Assembly: GCA_965242695.1 (NCBI GenBank)
Contig: CBDESU010000002.1
Coordinates: 1-64,000 of the forward strand
DNA: 64,000 bases
Reading direction: 5' to 3'
Source: Cenarchaeum sp.
GTDB lineage: Archaea; Thermoproteota; Nitrososphaeria; Nitrososphaerales; Nitrosopumilaceae
The translations under genes were made by a program, and so were the position numbers. Each line of letters opens with the position of its first letter. The first letter of the stretch is position 1. Positions 21,060-31,457 of this stretch are shown here, in pieces. Below the pieces are notes generated by a model. It was not told the origin of the DNA, did not search any database, and worked only from the letters and a program-made list of their open reading frames with translations.

Positions 21060-21249
21060 CGCGGCCGGTTCGGGGGCCGATGGCTCAAACAGGGCGGGGC
21101 GGCCCGGCGAATCGATGGCAGGGGAGTCAGCCTGCGAGGGCGATGCCGGGCGCGCCTTTGAGACGGACGATGTCGAGGCGAGCCCGGACAGGGGGGAGTC
21201 AGCCTGCGAGGGCGATGCCGGGCGCGCGCTTACCTGGAGCGAGTCCGAG
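21060..21249 (+). repeat. ~190-bp direct repeat, copy 1 (5' part of antitoxin-like gene)
   Basis: Near-identical to ~22487-22676. Contains an internal duplication of ggggagtcagcctgcgagggcgatgccgggcgcgc. Confidence 0.85.
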
Positions 21250-21302
21250 ACTGGCGCGTCGGACATTTCACGGTTTATATTGACATCCCGCAGAGCCGTT
21301 GC

Positions 21303-21941
21303 GTGGTCGTGCGCCAAGAGGCCGCTAGGCAGGCGGCGGGGATGCTGCAGGACGCTGTGCAGGTGCCAAGTGGCGGGGGTGTGCCCCTCGGGCCGCGGCA
21401 GGCCGGCGCAGTGCCGGGCGGATCGCGCGCGATCATGCCTAGGCCGGGTAGCAGGTTTAGCGACGAAGAGCTGGGCGCCAGACTTGGCGTGCCCCTGGCG
21501 GGATACATACGCATCAGCCACGAGAACAGGTGCATCGCACTCGTGGACAGGCAGGATGGCGACCCATGGGACGGCAACATAGCCGTGTACGTAGGCCGGG
21601 AGATGCGCGGAGGCCAGCGGGCAGATCGGTCGACGGACGCCGACAGCCCTGATCTGCCCCTCTCGGAGGTGGAAGGGTACGCGGTGCTCGACTTTGCAAG
21701 GGAGGGCGGCATGCTCGTGCTGGACAGGGTCGCAGAGTGCGACTCGCTCAGCCTTGAGAAAAGGGACGGGCGGGACGTAGCCGTCTTCAAAACGAGGGCA
21801 GTCGACGGCGGGGCGTGTGATGACGAGGAACTGAACCCAGAGGTCGAGAGGGCGCTCCAGTCCATAGAGTCTGGAACGTTTGTTGGCAAGAGGTGCACTG
21901 TTGACGAGTATATCGGGCATGTCAAGAGGGTTGTGGAATAA
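21303..21941 (+). CDS. SRA-like domain fused to RelB-like antitoxin tail (paralog of 50103-50732)
   Basis: 'FSDEELGARLGVP..G.IRISHEN.CI.LVDR...Y.G' is shared with 50103-50732. Tail 'PEVERALQSIESG..VGKRCTVDEYI'. TATA tttatat at 21274. Confidence 0.65.
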   Translation: MVVRQEAARQAAGMLQDAVQVPSGGGVPLGPRQAGAVPGGSRAIMPRPGSRFSDEELGARLGVPLAGYIRISHENRCIALVDRQDGDPWDGNIAVYVGREMRGGQRADRSTDADSPDLPLSEVEGYAVLDFAREGGMLVLDRVAECDSLSLEKRDGRDVAVFKTRAVDGGACDDEELNPEVERALQSIESGTFVGKRCTVDEYIGHVKRVVE

Positions 21942-21982
21942 TGCCGCACTGGGAAATTGAGTACGATAACGGTTCTGTCTAA
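21941..21982 (+). pseudogene. Truncated RelE-like toxin (13 codons)
   Basis: TAATG overlap; MPHWEIEYDNGSV* resembles MPLWEVKNEG at 50732. Followed by unrelated AT-rich DNA. Confidence 0.6.
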
Positions 21983-22540
21983 TATTCGAGACTTGGTCTG
22001 ATCTTTAATTGAATACGCGGTCGCGTGGATCATCCACGTGGGTTGGTGCCATTTGCACTTTGACGTTGGAGTCGGTTTTGTGAAATGCGGGAAGCGATAT
22101 CTCTTTAAATTTTCCCTGTTCATTCATGTCGAATCTCATATATTGATTTGTTTGAGTTTGCCTAAACCCGTGCACCGGGCCTTGACACTAAAATTACCCC
22201 CTGGGCGTCGGCGGCACAATGTGTGAAACGATTCTGATCCACAGGTCAAAGCGCGGCGGAATCGCCGTGAAAAAAACGGGCGAGTGTGAATACGAGGCGC
22301 AGTCCAGTCCAAGGACACCGGGCGGTACAGAATCGCATACGTGCTCGGCAGGTGGTGCCGCAGTTGCAAGGCGTTCGCGCACACCAGCAGGGCGCGCATG
22401 GCGCGCGTTCGGGCCCCTGGCGCCGGGCGCGCCCCGGCCGCCCCGACGCGCGCGCCGCCTGCCAGGGCCCGAACGCGCGCCCCGGCACGGCCGGTTCGGG
22501 GGCCGACGGCTCAAATAGGGCGGGGCGGCCCGCCGAATCG

Positions 22541-22780
22541 ATGGCAGGGGAGTCAGCCTGCGAGGGCGATGCCGGGCGCGCCTTTGAGACGGACGATGTC
22601 GAGGCGAGCCCGGACAGGGGGGAGTCAGCCTGCGAAGACGATGCCGGGCGCGCGCTTACCTGGAGCGAGGCCGAGACCATGTCCATTCTTGCGGACCCCG
22701 ACTCGATGAGGTTGCTTGCAGAGAGCGATGCAGACATGCGGGCCGGACGGGTGTCGGTGTGGAAGCCGGAAGACATGTAG
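22541..22780 (+). CDS. Small Phd/YefM/RelB-like antitoxin (neutralising-tail type), no adjacent toxin seen
   Basis: 'ETMSILADPDSMRLLAESDADMRAGRV' matches the 'ETL.IL.DP..M..I.E...D..AGR' antitoxin tail pattern. Confidence 0.55.
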   Translation: MAGESACEGDAGRAFETDDVEASPDRGESACEDDAGRALTWSEAETMSILADPDSMRLLAESDADMRAGRVSVWKPEDM

Positions 22781-23284
22781 GATGGATTGGCGGCCGCACG
22801 GGCCGGCGCGTGCGGGCGCGGCCGAAAGGGGCAGGCCCGCGGCTGCGCAGGTGTGCGCGCCCGGGCTGCCGCCTGCGAGTCGATCCATGCGGCGGCCGTG
22901 CGTTCGCGGGCAGCCTCAAGGCGCCGTGCTGCATATCCAAGTGTTGGCGCCTGCGGCATAGCGGCACGCAGGCGCCAAGACGGCCCCTGTGCAGTACGTT
23001 GGAAGCCTGGATAGTCGCGGCGGGGGCTTCCGACAGATGCCCGGGGCAGCCTGGCGCGGCGGGCCCATGTTAGCCCGCCGCCGACGCGGCCCCCCTGCCC
23101 GTGCGCCGGTTGCGGCGCCTGCAGGACGCACCTTGGCGGCGACGGCCCCCGGTGCGAGGCCGCCCCGGATGCCGCGAGCGGCGCGGCGGCCGCAGGCGGG
23201 GGCGCACGGCGCGGCCTCGCGCCAAGCTTGGGCACCCCCAGCCGCCGGCCTGGCGGCGGGAGCGGCTCGCGCCGCAGGCGGAGC

Positions 23285-23757
23285 CTACTCCCGGGCCGTC
23301 CTTTCCATGGTCAGGGTCTGCCTGTAGTCGTCAAACTTGACCGAGTACTGGATAAAAACATTCGACCGCTCCACGACGATGAGCGGCCGGTTTCCAAGCT
23401 GGACAATGTCCTTTTCGGAGATAGATGCGAGGACTTTTCCCAGGTCGATCCTTAGTCCCTTGTACATGATCTCGATGCGCACAAGCGTTCGGTACACCTT
23501 GAACCGTCCGAACGGCGTCGCCAGTTCCGTTTTGGCAATCGCATCGAGGTCTATGCCGATCCAGTCGGCGCCTTTCTGGTGATGAACGTGTGGTCGGCGC
23601 CCGAGTCGGCCAGGGCCATGGCCCCGCAGGCGCTGTCGGATCCGCCCCGCCTTGCCGAACGGGCGTTGGCGATTCTGATCGGAATCCTCGGCCGCATCAC
23701 CGCGCGTGGAATGCCCCTGTCGTCCGCTTCGTAATCCTTGGCGTAGCCAAACGCCAT
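23285..23757 (-). pseudogene. Retropepsin-like aspartic protease, frameshifted
   Basis: LADSGAD motif present. A 1-nt deletion near 23570 (gaaaggcgccg vs gaaaggcggccg in the paralog) splits the ORF; the homologous upstream start is also lost. Confidence 0.8.
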
Positions 23758-23783
23758 TCAGTCCCGCGGCTTGCCTTTTGTCT

Positions 23784-24236
23784 CTATAGCCAACCCATCT
23801 CTGGGTATGCGCCCGGCTCGTCAATGTAGTACATGAACGGCTCCTTGCCCGACGCCGCCTTGATCGCATCCTTGAGCACCTTCCGGCCGTCCTTGCCGTG
23901 CGCGACGATCCTGCGCCCTTGTATGGCGATCCACCCCTCCCTGTACGGTTCCAGGTCGCACGGCAGCAGCTCTTCGCGAAACTCCACCTCTGGGACGCCC
24001 CTGTCGATCGACACAAGGCGGATCATGGGCCACCTGCCGGCGGCCCTGCGCCCCGCCTTGTTCACCGCCTCAACGTCGCTTCCGTGCGCCACGACGGACG
24101 AGCCGGATATGGCTATCCACTCGCCCCTGTACGGGGCCTTGTCCTTGAGCGTCATCGACTTCCAAAAGGCCCCTTCTTCCGGGCTGTCCGGCGTGAACCT
24201 CATGGGGGGGACGCTCTCTTCCTCTTCCAAGGACAT
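23784..24236 (-). CDS. Tandem DUF5678-like domain protein
   Basis: Two 'Y.G.WIAI.G..VAHG.D..V...A' units. Confidence 0.8.
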   Translation of the reverse strand: MSLEEEESVPPMRFTPDSPEEGAFWKSMTLKDKAPYRGEWIAISGSSVVAHGSDVEAVNKAGRRAAGRWPMIRLVSIDRGVPEVEFREELLPCDLEPYREGWIAIQGRRIVAHGKDGRKVLKDAIKAASGKEPFMYYIDEPGAYPEMGWL

Positions 24237-24453
24237 CGGGCCGCGGCCGCGGCGCTGGCAATTTAACCGCATCCTGCGGGTGGCCGCGAGGGCTCGGGTC
24301 TTGGGGCGGGCCGCGGCGGTCAGCTTGGCGGCGGCGCCGGATAAGAGGGTGCCAGGAGGAGGACGGGCCGTGTGCATGCCCGCCGCGCGGCCGGCGTGGC
24401 AGATGCCGCTGCCGGCCTGGCAGTCAGGAGCGCCCCGCGCCCGCAGGCCGGGC

Positions 24454-24960
24454 CTACTCCTGGGCCGTCCTTTCCATGGTCAGGATCTGCCTGTAGTCGT
24501 CAAACTTCATCGTATACTGGCTAAAGACGCTTGATCGCCCTGCGACGACATACGGCCGGTTCCCAAGCTGGACAACGTCCCTTTCGGGAATAGACGCGAG
24601 GACTTTTCCCAGGTCGATCCTCAGTCCCTTGTACAGGATCTCGATGCGCACAAGCGTTCGGTACACCTTGAACCGTCCGAACGGCGTCGCCAGTTCCGTT
24701 TTGGCAATCGCATCGAGGTCTATGCCGATCCAGTCGGCCGCCTTTCTGGTGATGAACGAATGGTCGGCGTCCGAGTCGGCCAGGGCCTCGGCCCTGTAGC
24801 CGCTGTCGGATCCGCCCCTCCTTGCCGAACGGACGTTGCTGATTCTGATCGGTATCCTCGGCCGCATCACCGTGCGTGGAATGCCCTTGTCGTCCGCTTC
24901 GTAATCATTGGTGTAGCCAAACGCCATTCGATCCCACGGCTTGCCTTTTGTCTCCGTCAT
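24454..24960 (-). CDS. Retropepsin-like aspartic protease with DSG>DSD change
   Basis: Full-length ORF with LADSDAD where paralogs have LADSGAD, and second motif VVAGRSSVF. Start overlaps the upstream stop. Confidence 0.8.
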   Translation of the reverse strand: MTETKGKPWDRMAFGYTNDYEADDKGIPRTVMRPRIPIRISNVRSARRGGSDSGYRAEALADSDADHSFITRKAADWIGIDLDAIAKTELATPFGRFKVYRTLVRIEILYKGLRIDLGKVLASIPERDVVQLGNRPYVVAGRSSVFSQYTMKFDDYRQILTMERTAQE

Positions 24961-25406
24961 AAGCCCATCACCAAGCACATGCCCGGCTTGTCTATGTAGT
25001 ACATGAACGACTCCTTGCCCGATGTCGCCTTGTGCGCCGCCTTGAGCACCTCCAGCTCGTCCTTGCCGTGCGCGACGATCCTGCGCCCGTGTATGGCTAT
25101 CCACCCCTCCCTGTACGGTTCTAGGTCGCACGGCAGCAGCTCTTCGCGAAACTCCATCTCTGGGACGCCCCTGTCGATCGACACAAGGCGGATCATGGGC
25201 CACCTGCCGGCCGCACGGCGCCCCGCCTTGTTCACCGCCTCAACGTCGCTTCCGTGCGCCACGATGGACGAGCCGGATATGGCTATCCACTCGCCCCTGT
25301 ACGGGGCCTTGTCCTTGAGCGTCATCGACTTCCAAAAGGCCTCTTCTTCCGGGCTGTCCGGCGTGAACCTCATGGGGGGGACGCTCTCTTCCTCTTCCAA
25401 GGACAT
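24957..25406 (-). CDS. Tandem DUF5678-like domain protein
   Basis: Same two-unit pattern; TTAAAT ~25 nt upstream of ATG. Confidence 0.8.
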   Translation of the reverse strand: MSLEEEESVPPMRFTPDSPEEEAFWKSMTLKDKAPYRGEWIAISGSSIVAHGSDVEAVNKAGRRAAGRWPMIRLVSIDRGVPEMEFREELLPCDLEPYREGWIAIHGRRIVAHGKDELEVLKAAHKATSGKESFMYYIDKPGMCLVMGL

Positions 25407-25715
25407 CGGGCCGCGGCCGCGGCGCTGCCGATTTAACTGTATCCTGCGGGAGGTATTCGGACGCCTCTGCCCTTTCGGCCGCAATGGCGGGGCGGGGCGG
25501 GCTACCGCAAGAGGGGAGGCGCACGGGGCGCCCGCCCGCCAACCGTGCACCGGGCGGGCCTTGCACGGCTGTCTCCCCCCGTCCCCCGTCCAGCCCAGGC
25601 CGGACGCGCGGCCGGCGGGGCGGATGCCGCTGCCGGCCTGGCAGGCAGGAGCGGCCCGGCGAGCCGAGCGCCCCCTCCCCGCCGTGGCGCCCGTGTCCGC
25701 GCCCGCAGGCGGAGC

Positions 25716-26220
25716 CTACTCCCGGGCCGCCTTTCCATAGTCAGGGTCCGCCTGTAGTCGTCAAACTTCATCGTATACTGGCTAAAGACGCTCGATCGCC
25801 CTGCGACGACATACGGCCGGTTCCCAAGCTGGACAATGTCCCTTTCGGGAATAGAGGCGGGGGCTTTTCCCAGGTCGATCCTCCGCCCCTTGTACAGGAT
25901 CGCGATGCGCACAAGCGTGCGGTACACCTTGAACCGTCCGAACGGCGTCGCCAGTTCCGTTTTGGCAATCGCATCGAGATCTATGCCGATCCAGTCGGCC
26001 GCCTCTCCGGTGATGAACGAATGTCGGCGCCCGAGTCGGCCAGGGCGGCGGCCCCGTAGCCGCTGTCGGATCCGCCCCTCCTTGCCGAACGGACGTTGGT
26101 GATTCTGATCGGAATCCTCGGTTGCAATACCCTGCGTGAAGTGCCCTTGTCGCCTGCATCGACATCCTTGAGGTAGTCGGATGTCATTCGATCCCACGGC
26201 CTGCCTTTTGTCTCCGTCAC
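25716..26220 (-). pseudogene. Retropepsin-like aspartic protease, two frameshifts
   Basis: LADSGAD followed by a frameshift near 26022, with a second 1-nt deletion near 25730. Confidence 0.8.
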
Positions 26221-26663
26221 AAGCCCATCACTAGGCACATTCCCGGCTTGTCTATGTAGTACATGAACGACTCCTTGCCCGACGTCGCCTTGTGCGCCGC
26301 CTTGAGCACCTCTAGCTCGTCCTTGCCGTGCGCGACGATCCTGCGCCCGTGTATGGCTATCCACCCCTCCCTGTACGGGTCTAGGTCGCACGGCATCAGC
26401 TCTTCGCGAAACTCTACCTCTGGGATGCCCCTGTCGATCGACACAAGGCGGATCATGGGCCACCTGCCGGCCGCCCGGCGCCCCGCTTTGTTCACCGTGT
26501 CAAGGTCGGCTCCGTGCGCCACGATGGACGAGCCGGATATGGCTATCCACTCGCCCCTGTACGGGGCCTTGTCCTTGAGCGTCATCGACTTCCAAAAGGC
26601 CTCTTCTTCCGGGCCGTTCGGAGCAAACCTCACGTTGGGAACCCCTTCCTCTTCCAAGGACAT
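26217..26663 (-). CDS. Tandem DUF5678-like domain protein
   Basis: Same two-unit pattern as the other array members. Confidence 0.8.
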   Translation of the reverse strand: MSLEEEGVPNVRFAPNGPEEEAFWKSMTLKDKAPYRGEWIAISGSSIVAHGADLDTVNKAGRRAAGRWPMIRLVSIDRGIPEVEFREELMPCDLDPYREGWIAIHGRRIVAHGKDELEVLKAAHKATSGKESFMYYIDKPGMCLVMGL

Positions 26664-26878
26664 TGGGGCGCGGCGCGGCGTTGCCGATTTAACTGTATCC
26701 TGCGGGAGGCTGCGAGGGCTCGGGTCGCGGGGCGGGCCGCGGCGGTCGGCTTGGCGGCGGCGCTCGATAAGAGGGTCCAGGGGAGGACGGGCCGCGTGCA
26801 TGCCCGCCGCGCGGCGGCCGGGGCGGATGCCGCTGCCGGCCTGGCAGGCATGAGCGCCCCGCGCCCGCAGGGCAGGGC

Positions 26879-27382
26879 CTACTCCCGAGCCGTCCTTTCC
26901 ATGGTCAGGGTCTGCCTGTAGTCGTCAAACTTCATCGTGTACTGGCTAAAGACGCTCGATCGCCCTACGACGACAAACGGTCGATGTCCAAGCTGGACAA
27001 TGTCTCTTTCGGGAATAGAGGCGGGGGCTTTTCCCAGGTCGACCCTTCGTCCCCTGTACAGGACCGCAGTGCGCACAAGCGTGCGGTACACCTTGAACCT
27101 TCCGAACGGCGTTGCCAGTTCCGCCCTGTCCTGCGCATCAAGGTTTATGCCGATCGCGTCGGCCGCCTCTCTGGTGATGAACGTATGGTCGGCGCCCGAG
27201 TCGGCCAGGGCGGCGGCCCCGTAGCCTCTGTCGGATCCGCCCCTCCTTGCCGAGCGGACGTTGGTGATTCTGATCGGAATTCTTGGCCGCATCACCGTGC
27301 GGGGATTGCCTTTTATATCCACATCGACATCCTTGGTGTAGGAGAACGTCATTCGATCCCACGGCTTGCCTTTTGTCTCCAT
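26879..27382 (-). CDS. Retropepsin-like (clan AA) aspartic protease, intact
   Basis: 'RPRIPIRI', catalytic 'ALADSGADHTFI' and second motif 'VVVGRSSVFSQY'. Confidence 0.82.
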   Translation of the reverse strand: METKGKPWDRMTFSYTKDVDVDIKGNPRTVMRPRIPIRITNVRSARRGGSDRGYGAAALADSGADHTFITREAADAIGINLDAQDRAELATPFGRFKVYRTLVRTAVLYRGRRVDLGKAPASIPERDIVQLGHRPFVVVGRSSVFSQYTMKFDDYRQTLTMERTARE

Positions 27383-27384
27383 TG

Positions 27385-27828
27385 TCAACCCATCACCGAG
27401 TATGCGCCGGGCTCGCCTATGCGGTACATGAACGGTTCCTTGCCCGACTCCGCCTTGAGCGCCGCCTTGAGCACCTCCCGCGCGTTCTTGCCGTGCGCGA
27501 CGATCCTGCGCCCGCGTATGGCTATCCACCCTCCCCTGTACGGGTCTAGGTCGCACGGCATCAGCTCCTCGTAAAACTCCATCTCTGGGAGGCCCCTGTC
27601 GATCGACACAAGGCGGATCATGGGCCACTCGCCGGCCGCCCGGCGCCCCGCCTTGTTCACCGTGTCAAGGTCGGCTCCGTGCGCCACGATGGACGAGCCG
27701 GATATGGCTATCCACTCGCCCCTGTACGGGGCCTTGTCCTTGAGCGTCATCGACTTCCAAAAGGCCTCTTCTTCCGGGCCGTTCGGAGCAAACCTCACGT
27801 TGGGAACCCCTTCCTCTTCCAAGGACAT
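27385..27828 (-). CDS. Tandem DUF5678-like domain protein
   Basis: Same two-unit pattern as the other array members. Confidence 0.8.
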   Translation of the reverse strand: MSLEEEGVPNVRFAPNGPEEEAFWKSMTLKDKAPYRGEWIAISGSSIVAHGADLDTVNKAGRRAAGEWPMIRLVSIDRGLPEMEFYEELMPCDLDPYRGGWIAIRGRRIVAHGKNAREVLKAALKAESGKEPFMYRIGEPGAYSVMG

Positions 27829-28387
27829 GGGGCCCGGCGCGGCGTTGCCGATTTAACTGTATCCTGCGGGAGGCTGCGAGGGCTCGGGTCGCGGGGCGGG
27901 CCGCGGCGGGCGACTTGGCGGCGGCGCTCGATAAGAGGGTGCCAGGGGAGGACGGGCTGCGTGCATGCCCGCCGCGCGGCGGCCGGGGCGGGACGCATCA
28001 GCCTGCTGCCAGCCCGCGGCGCCGGCAGGGAGGGGGGCAGAGGCCGAGGCCGGATCCTCCTCCTCCTCCTCCTCCCCCCTCCCCCGGCCTGCCGGCTCCC
28101 GCCATCCGGCGCCGCGGCTCCTTGCCCCGCCGCCGCGCCGGCCGCCGTTCTGCCGGACTTGGCCGCCCCGCCCTGATCCACTGCCTGCGCGAACCGGGGC
28201 ACGCGACGGCGCTGCCGGGTCTTGCCGCAGCATCCGGGCTGCGCGGCGGGGAGCTTCCCGGCAGCCCGCCGGCCGCCCCGGCCCCACGATCCCGTACGGC
28301 AGTGCAGAGGCGGGGCCGGGCAGGCCGGCGGTCGCGGCGGGCGCGGGCGCGGGATCCGGCGCCGGCGGCCGCCTTCCGGCGCCGCCG

Positions 28388-29869
28388 CTATCCCATCAGC
28401 AGGTACAGCCAGAGCGGGACGACGACCGTCCCGTCCCCGATCATCCCCGCGGTGTCGCGCGAGACGGCCACCGACAGCGGCGGGTCGAAGCGGCGCGAAA
28501 AGCGCAGCAGGCCCTCCAGGTCCGACCTGTCCACGCGCCGCTTGTACTTTATCCCTATCGGGACGGGGCCGCCGCGCAGCCTTATGACCTGGTCGACCTC
28601 GGCCCTGCCGCCGTTGTGCCAGTAGTGCGGCATGGTATCGGCCGATGCGGGCGCAAGCGCGCGCCACATACGCCTCGTGTGGTGGCCGGCGATCGTCTCG
28701 GCCATCATCCCGGCCTCTGCGGGATCGCCCGCCCCGTCCGGCCCCGTGTGGTGCGCGGTGGCGTTGCGCATGCCGACGTCGTTCACGTACGCCTTGCGCG
28801 GCCTGCGGCGGCGTATTGCGGGGCTCGGCGTGTAAAAGTCCGAGTACGACACGAGAAACGCGCGCTCCAAGAGGCCGCAGTACATGTCGATGGTGTCCTT
28901 TTTGACCCCGAGGCTGCTCGACATCGCGTCCTTGTTGATCATGCGCGGGGATCTCCACGAGATCTGGTAGAAGAGCCGGTTGAGGATGTCCGGCCGCCTC
29001 ACCCTGCCGGCCGCCACGACGTCCTTGTAGAGCGCAAGATCCCGGTACGCCCGGATCGCCTCGGCCCTGTAGGCGGGATCCGCGCTGCCGGCGACCCCGG
29101 GGTACCCCCCGTACGCCATGTACTCCGAGAGGTGCCGCAAGAGGCCGTCCTTGGCCATGGTGAGCCCCTCCAGGGCCCGCCGGACGCCCTCGTGGAACGG
29201 CCGCGCATCGCCGGCCGCCGCCGACTCGCCGAGGCTCCTGCGCATGTCCGTTCCGGCCGCCGCCAGCGCCTCTGCATGCCCCGGGTCCCTGAACTCGACA
29301 TAGTCGGCAAAGCCCATCGTGGCCACCTCTTGGTGCCACATCCGCCCGGCGAGCGGCTCGGACGAGCCGGCGGGCATGTCGACGCTTGACGATCCCGACA
29401 CGACGAACCTTATCGGGCAGGACTGGTCTACGAGGTTCTTGGCTGCGCGCTGCCAGTCGCCGGCCAGGCGGATCTCGTCGAGTATGGCGTATACGCTCCC
29501 CCCCAGATCGTGGAAGGACTCGCCGAGGATGCGGGTCACGTGCAGATTGAGCAGGCGCGGCAGGCTTCCCGCATCGGGAACAGGGCCCTGGTCGTCAAAT
29601 GTGAGGAACAGGACGCGCCGGGGATCGGTGCCGGACGAGATCAGGTGCTCGATCAGCTGGTGCAGCAGGGTCGTCTTGCCGACCTGCCTGGCGCCGAGGA
29701 TGCCCTGGACGGGCCGCTTGTCCAAATGGCTTACCATTGCATCGTAGTCGCGCAGCCTGAACGGGCGCCGCATCGCCGGCGGCACTACGCCCGTCGTCCA
29801 CCACGGATTCATTCGCCGCATGGCCACCAGCAGCGCCTCGTCGTCAATGTCGTCGCCGGCAGCGGCCAT
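28388..29869 (-). CDS. AAA_14 ATPase with DUF4143 C-terminal domain
   Basis: 'NPWW', Walker A GARQVGKT, Walker B AILDEI, 'SGSSS', 'YGGYP', 'K.YVNDVG.RN' and 'EVD...PI.IKY'. Confidence 0.88.
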   Translation of the reverse strand: MAAAGDDIDDEALLVAMRRMNPWWTTGVVPPAMRRPFRLRDYDAMVSHLDKRPVQGILGARQVGKTTLLHQLIEHLISSGTDPRRVLFLTFDDQGPVPDAGSLPRLLNLHVTRILGESFHDLGGSVYAILDEIRLAGDWQRAAKNLVDQSCPIRFVVSGSSSVDMPAGSSEPLAGRMWHQEVATMGFADYVEFRDPGHAEALAAAGTDMRRSLGESAAAGDARPFHEGVRRALEGLTMAKDGLLRHLSEYMAYGGYPGVAGSADPAYRAEAIRAYRDLALYKDVVAAGRVRRPDILNRLFYQISWRSPRMINKDAMSSSLGVKKDTIDMYCGLLERAFLVSYSDFYTPSPAIRRRRPRKAYVNDVGMRNATAHHTGPDGAGDPAEAGMMAETIAGHHTRRMWRALAPASADTMPHYWHNGGRAEVDQVIRLRGGPVPIGIKYKRRVDRSDLEGLLRFSRRFDPPLSVAVSRDTAGMIGDGTVVVPLWLYLLMG

Positions 29870-30532
29870 GCAGCGGGCGCCCTACATGGCCATACAAGTC
29901 TTTTAGGATTGCCTTAACCGGGCCTGCCTTATCCTATGCGGTGGGCTTAACATTGGGTGTAATGATCCTTGTACTGGGATGTACCGCGATGTGTGTGCGG
30001 GTTTAGAGGGACTTGTTCGCTCGGGGGTGCCGTTTCCAGAATCAAGGGCTTAAAACTGGCTGTTCAAAGGATATAAAAGGCTAAAAATGGGTTTTTTGTC
30101 GATTATGAAGGGCCTAAGTGCGGATTTTGTAGGGCGGCGTGAGCTTGACCTGACAGGCTGGCGAACGCGTCGGATCGTCGGTGCGTCCTGCGCATGATCG
30201 AGGAGCGTGCGGGTGCGGGGCGCAGTGGCGCTGCACTGCGTCCGCATATGGCGGCACGTCGTCCTGATCGCAGCCGCGGGGGCGCTGCAGGGCCGCGGCC
30301 GCCCTCCCTCCCGCCTCCTGCATGGAGCCCGCGGCGGCGCCGGCCGCGCCGCCGGTTCGGCGGCCTGCGGCCGCCTCCCGGCGCGGCAGGGCGGAGGAGG
30401 GGCCCAGAGTGCCGTCCGGAGCCTGGCGCGGCCGCGTGGGCCGTTGCCGGCCGCTGCCGGCCCCGCGCCCCCTGCGGCGCACCGGTGCGCGGGACGGTCG
30501 GGCAGCGCCCATGTCACGGGGCGCATGGCAGG

Positions 30533-30895
30533 TCATTGCTCTGGGACGTAGAGCGAGGGGATGCCGAACCACGGCACCTCTTCGGGCTTTGCGTAAATGT
30601 ACCGCATGTGGGGAGCCCCCTTGCCGGCCTCCCGTGCCGCATCGCAGACCTGCCCCGGATCCCTGCCGTGCGCCACGATTTCGCCGTCGGCCACGGCTAT
30701 CCACTCGCCCATGTACTTTTGCGCCTCTTCGGGCTTCATTGCGTTGAGGAATGCCAAGTTCTTCACGGCGCCCTCGTCGATCCCTGTGCACTGCGGGGGG
30801 TACCCGACGCGCATGTCCTCGGGCGATATGATCACGTCCCCTTCGGACATGAAGGGAGGTCTCGGCTCGGCGCCGGGGCCGTCGCTGTCCGCCAT
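30533..30895 (-). CDS. DUF5678-like protein (single domain); downstream protease decayed
   Basis: KYMGEWIAVADGEIVAHGRD; paralog of 40515-40862. Confidence 0.8.
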   Translation of the reverse strand: MADSDGPGAEPRPPFMSEGDVIISPEDMRVGYPPQCTGIDEGAVKNLAFLNAMKPEEAQKYMGEWIAVADGEIVAHGRDPGQVCDAAREAGKGAPHMRYIYAKPEEVPWFGIPSLYVPEQ

Positions 30896-31219
30896 GGGGG
30901 GCCGGAATCGCGCCCCTATTTGGGCGGCGCGATCGGGCGCAGTACGGGCGGCAGTGCGGAGTCGAGGCATCCGTCAGGGCCAAAGCGCGGGGCGCCGGCA
31001 GGTTTTGATCCTAAACGATGTGGTATGACTTCCTGCGCCGTCCGGCGGCTGGGCATGCCCACGCCGGCAGGCAGGCGTACGCAAGGAGGCGGCAACGGCG
31101 GCAGGGTGCGTGCCGCCAACAATCCCACCAAGGCATGTGTAGTGTACAGTGCGCAGGGTGCGCGACTGCTACCGTGTCTTGCGTCTGCGGTAGCGGTGCC
31201 ACGCATACGCTATGTCAGA

Positions 31220-31325
31220 GGGAACGAGGGCAGGTCGGCGGCAAGCGCTACTGCTACGCTCCGCGCGCAGCAGGGCCACCATCCTCCGAGGGGAACGAGG
31301 GCAGGTCGGCGGCAAGCGCTACTGC
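31220..31325. repeat. 35-bp perfect direct repeat x2 with 36-bp spacer
   Basis: gggaacgagggcaggtcggcggcaagcgctactgc at 31220 and 31291. Confidence 0.85.
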
Positions 31326-31457
31326 GGCTACAACAGTCGAACGCATGGCGCCCGGTACTGCGCCGCAGAGGCCGGCACGGCCGCCCGCCCGCCCGCTGCG
31401 GCCGCCGGACGGCCGGAAGATCGCATTGCATGCACTCGTGCCAGCGAGGGAGCATCC

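Larger units (their letters stand above)
23270..27990 (-). repeat. Tandem array of four ~1.2-kb cassettes (double-DUF5678 gene + aspartic protease gene + promoter)
   Basis: Units at about 23270-24430, 24440-25640, 25700-26850 and 26860-27990 share long identical stretches. Confidence 0.95.

Noticed and set aside
29890-30130. AT-rich segment upstream of the AAA-DUF4143 gene as an origin or CRISPR leader
   Set aside because: No ORB-like repeats, cdc6 gene or adjacent array; most simply a promoter region or foreign remnant.
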